From: Podarcis filfolensis | Lineage: Eukaryota | Length of the DNA: 64,000 bases | Strand: one strand, 5' to 3' | NCBI GenBank assembly: GCA_964270895.1 | Contig: OZ185436.1 | Part shown: positions 60,705 through 64,000 of the stretch, in pieces | Layout: every line of letters begins with the position of its first letter | Numbering within the stretch: the first letter of the stretch is position 1 | The notes under the pieces: generated by a model | Databases searched by the model: none | What the model saw: the letters and a program-made list of their open reading frames with translations, nothing else | What the model was told of the DNA's origin: nothing | Program-made: the position numbers and the translations under genes

Positions 60705-62049
60705 GGGACACCCCGAGGCAGACCCGCGCGACTCTGAGCCCGGGAGAGGCGGGCGCTAGGGAGGCGCAAGCTCGGGGACCGGAGGAGGCGGCGGCGGCGG
60801 CCTCGCCCCCGCCCAAAGACTCGCAGAGGCGGCGAGCAGCCCGCCTACAGCCGGAGGAGAAAAGGGCGGGGAGGAAAGGCCAGGCCAGCTCAGCGGATGC
60901 GCTCCGGGCGCCGTCCTCCTGCCTCTCGCCTGCCGCGGCCCTCCCCCCACCGAACGTCGCTCGCCACCGGCCTCCAAAAGGGAAGCGGAAGGCCTCGGCT
61001 GGGTCCGCGGAGGGCAAGATCCCCGTCGAAGCCGGAGCGCAACGGGCTGCGCAGCCATAGAGTACCGCGCCCAGAGCGGCCCCCGGAAACCAACGATCAC
61101 TTCCGGTCCTCTGGGCTCTCCCGCGGCGCCGGCCGCAGTCCTGTGGAGCCAGGCTCAAGGCTAGAGCAGCAGAGATTCAGGGGCGGCGAGGCAGAAAAAA
61201 ATTAAAGTAAAAGCGAGGGATGGTTAAAGGTTCTGGTCGTGGCAGTACGTACTTTGAAGCAGTGAAACAAGGATGTGTTTCCCTCACGCTCTTCGCCTCT
61301 TTAGGTGCCTTGTGCAAAGCAGAAATTCCTGAGGTGCAGCAATGAGAAAAGCTCCCGTTGGGTTTGTTTCAGCTATAAAGAACCACCACAGCTATAGCAG
61401 TTTATTATTAGGTGTGTTCACTTCCCGCCTTTCTTCAAGCTATATGTAGCATGAAAACATTAGCCAGGTCACCAGTACTCATAAAGGGTACCATACAGGA
61501 ATTCAAACAAAAACAATCCTAGCGCCATAAAGCTATGGCAGTGGGTATTTTGTTGAATTTCTGCTTATGTAGCCTTTTAAAGGCACAGGTTTCTCATCCT
61601 GAAGCTCAGCTCCATATATTCTAATAAAATCTTTTTTATCCCAATGAAACCTCCAAAGGGGTGCCATTGAGGCTCCCAGCCTGTGTGTGTGTGTTTGCGC
61701 ACACACATGTGCAGGGGGGGGCACCAAACTGGGTCTTTGACCCAGGTGAAATAAAGCCTAGTTCTGCCCCTGTCCAAAAGCTGTTTTTAAAAAATATTAG
61801 TCTCGCTTTTTGCAGTGTCTCAAAATAACTTACATAAAAAGTGCATGTGTCTTTGTGTGTAAAACCTTCCCTTCACTATAAAACATGAATCCAGTCTCAG
61901 CTGTTCAATAGTTCCCTTTTCTCTATACACTTCCCCTTTGGGCATGTTTTCCAGTTACTCACATATGGTCTGCTTTTCCGACAGTCAGGCAAAACATACA
62001 ATCTTTACAGTGTAAGAAATTTAGATTCTGCTAGAAGGACAGCATTACT

Positions 62050-62678
62050 TGAATTGAGACAAGTCCAAGATACAGACTGTCTCACCAGAGTGGTGCATGC
62101 TCTAGTTATCTCCCACTTGGATTACTGCAATGTGCTCTGCGTGGGGCTACCTTTGAAAGTGACCTGGAAACCACAACTAATCCAGAATGTGACAGCTAGA
62201 CTGGTGACTGGGAGTGGCTGCCGAGACCATATTACACCGGTCCTGAAAGACCTACATTGGCTCCCAGTACGCTTCCAAGCACAACTCAAAGTGCTGGTGC
62301 TGACCTTTAAAGCCCTAAATGGCCTCGGCCCAGTATACCTGAAGGAGCATCTCCACTCCCATCAATCAGCCCAGACACTGAGGTTCAGCTCTGAGGGCCT
62401 TCTGGCAGTTCCCTGACTGTGAGAAGTGAGGTTACAGGGAAACAGACAGAGGGCCTTCTTGGTAGTGGCGCCTGCCCTGTGGAACCCCCTCCCATCAGAT
62501 GTCAAGGAAATAAACAACTATCTGACTTTTAGAAGACATCTGAAGGCAGCCCTGTTTAGGGAAGTTTTTAATGTTTGAAGTTTTATTCTGTTTTTAGTGT
62601 TCTGTTGGGAGCCGCCCAGAGTGGCTAGGGAAAGCCAGCCAGATGGGTGGGGTATAAATTTATTATTATTATTATTTC
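62050..62678 (+). mobile_element. L2-clade LINE 3' fragment with (TTA)n tail
   Basis: Translation ISHLDYCN...LIQNVTARLVTG...DHITPVLKDLHWLP is typical of the L2 ORF2 C-terminus. Confidence 0.85.
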
Positions 62679-63353
62679 CTTGTTAATCTTCATAAAGAAA
62701 CAAAACTAAAATTAAACTGAAGTCTTGACTTTTGGATTGGCTGATATGGGGAAGGAGGACAGCAGCAAAAGCCTCGGGTTCTATACTTACCACCAGAAAG
62801 GAAGTAGGTACTACCAGTGGGGGTGGAGGGAATGAGTATTACAAAGCACTGCAACAAAATTTAATTTCCAACTCTGCTTGTTTCGTCCAGCATTTTTATA
62901 GAGATTCCTATTTTCCCCACCAAATTTGTGGAATAATTTCACTGGAATGAGATCACAGTAGAACTCACGCCCCCCCAATAGTTTTACGGTATTAGAGACT
63001 AATGTTATTGTCTCCCTTTGGGGTAATGGAGTCCATTTTGAAACATGGGTGCCCAAGGGGCTTGCTAAAAAACTGATATGGGAACAGGGAGAAGGATTAT
63101 TGGCAAAGTTCTCTGTTTTTCTCACATATGGACACACCCCTCTGGCAGGACTCCATCACTCCATCCCAGAGACATACAGCATCTATACAGCCATTTTTCC
63201 TTTTTTTTTTTAATAAAAAAGAAACAAGCAGACAAAACCCCACCAGTCCCACCGCCACTTTCCCCTCTGCACCCACCCCACTTCCCTCATCAAGGAGTGC
63301 AGCCTCCCTTGTGGCTGATCCCAGAGTCAGTTTCTTGTGGAGACATCCAACCC

Positions 63354-63626
63354 TTAGTTCTCCTCAATCAAAGTTAGATCCAGATCGCTAAAGTCTGGTT
63401 GGAAGAGTGTCCTTTTGCTTGCTAAATTCCAATTTAGTCGCCGTGCCGCTTGTACTGCTGCTTCCTCTTCCTCCTCCTCTTCCTCGCTTTCACTAAGAAC
63501 CTGGACACAGTTGCTGAGGGGACTACATGGAGCTGAAGGTGCTTGTGGGCTGCAGCCCAAGAGCCATGATGAATAGCCACCTTCTTCAGATTTGTCCAGC
63601 TGACAGACGCCTCCTGCAAATGGTTT
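63354..63626 (-). CDS. FAM53C: FAM53C last coding exon (upstream exons lie beyond the window)
   Basis: Acceptor tttgacag, then KPFAGGVCQLDKSEEGGYSSWLLGCSP...QVLSESEEEEEEEE...SKRTLFQPDFSDLDLTLIEEN*. This matches the recalled FAM53C C-terminus (VLSESEEEE...SKRTL..DLDLNLIEEN) and its known position upstream of KDM3B. Confidence 0.85.
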   Translation of the reverse strand, partial: KPFAGGVCQLDKSEEGGYSSWLLGCSPQAPSAPCSPLSNCVQVLSESEEEEEEEEAAVQAARRLNWNLASKRTLFQPDFSDLDLTLIEEN

Positions 63627-64000
63627 CTGTCAAATGTAACAAAACAAGTTTTTATATACCAATGCACCTTCCATACTTAATTACATTATTCTAATACTGA
63701 CAATTTATAACCATATTAATAGTCACTTGCACTAGAGCTCTTTCAAGTCATAACTTGCCAAAGAAAAATACTACTTCCCCCCTCCCTGCTCTGGGTCATC
63801 TACCTGTGGGCCAGATTCCAGATAAGGCATGAAAAGCCACCTCAAAGCCTGTTCCAGACTGCACAATGCAGTGCCCCACCTGCAGTGCCATCTACTACCA
63901 CATGCAAAGGATCCTTATGTTGTTAGTAATGTATTTTTTGTTTTTTTAAATGTAGTTTAATGTTTCTTGTGAAAGCTGCCTTGGAAGTTATTTGTATCCT

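Overview
Vertebrate (squamate, probably lacertid lizard, inferred from the repeat landscape) genomic DNA with four spliced genes in tandem on the minus strand. From high to low coordinates: the last coding exon of FAM53C; a complete 9-exon C-terminal-binding-protein gene (439 aa) that is neither CTBP1 nor CTBP2 by synteny; the complete 24-exon H3K9 demethylase KDM3B (about 1745 aa); and the first coding exon of REEP2. I located the exons by hand. All introns are GT-AG and the reading-frame phases are consistent. The most notable feature is the intact CtBP paralogue between FAM53C and KDM3B, where (from recall) mammals have no gene. It is probably a third CtBP ohnologue, with a mosaic of CtBP1-like and CtBP2-like regulatory ends. 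Introns and intergenic DNA carry L2, CR1, BovB and other RTE LINE fragments, tRNA-derived SINEs, hAT and Tc1/mariner MITEs, and a solo LTR nested in an RTE LINE upstream of KDM3B. Most ORFs in the supplied track are spurious. Comparisons with human proteins and synteny come from memory, not from a search.
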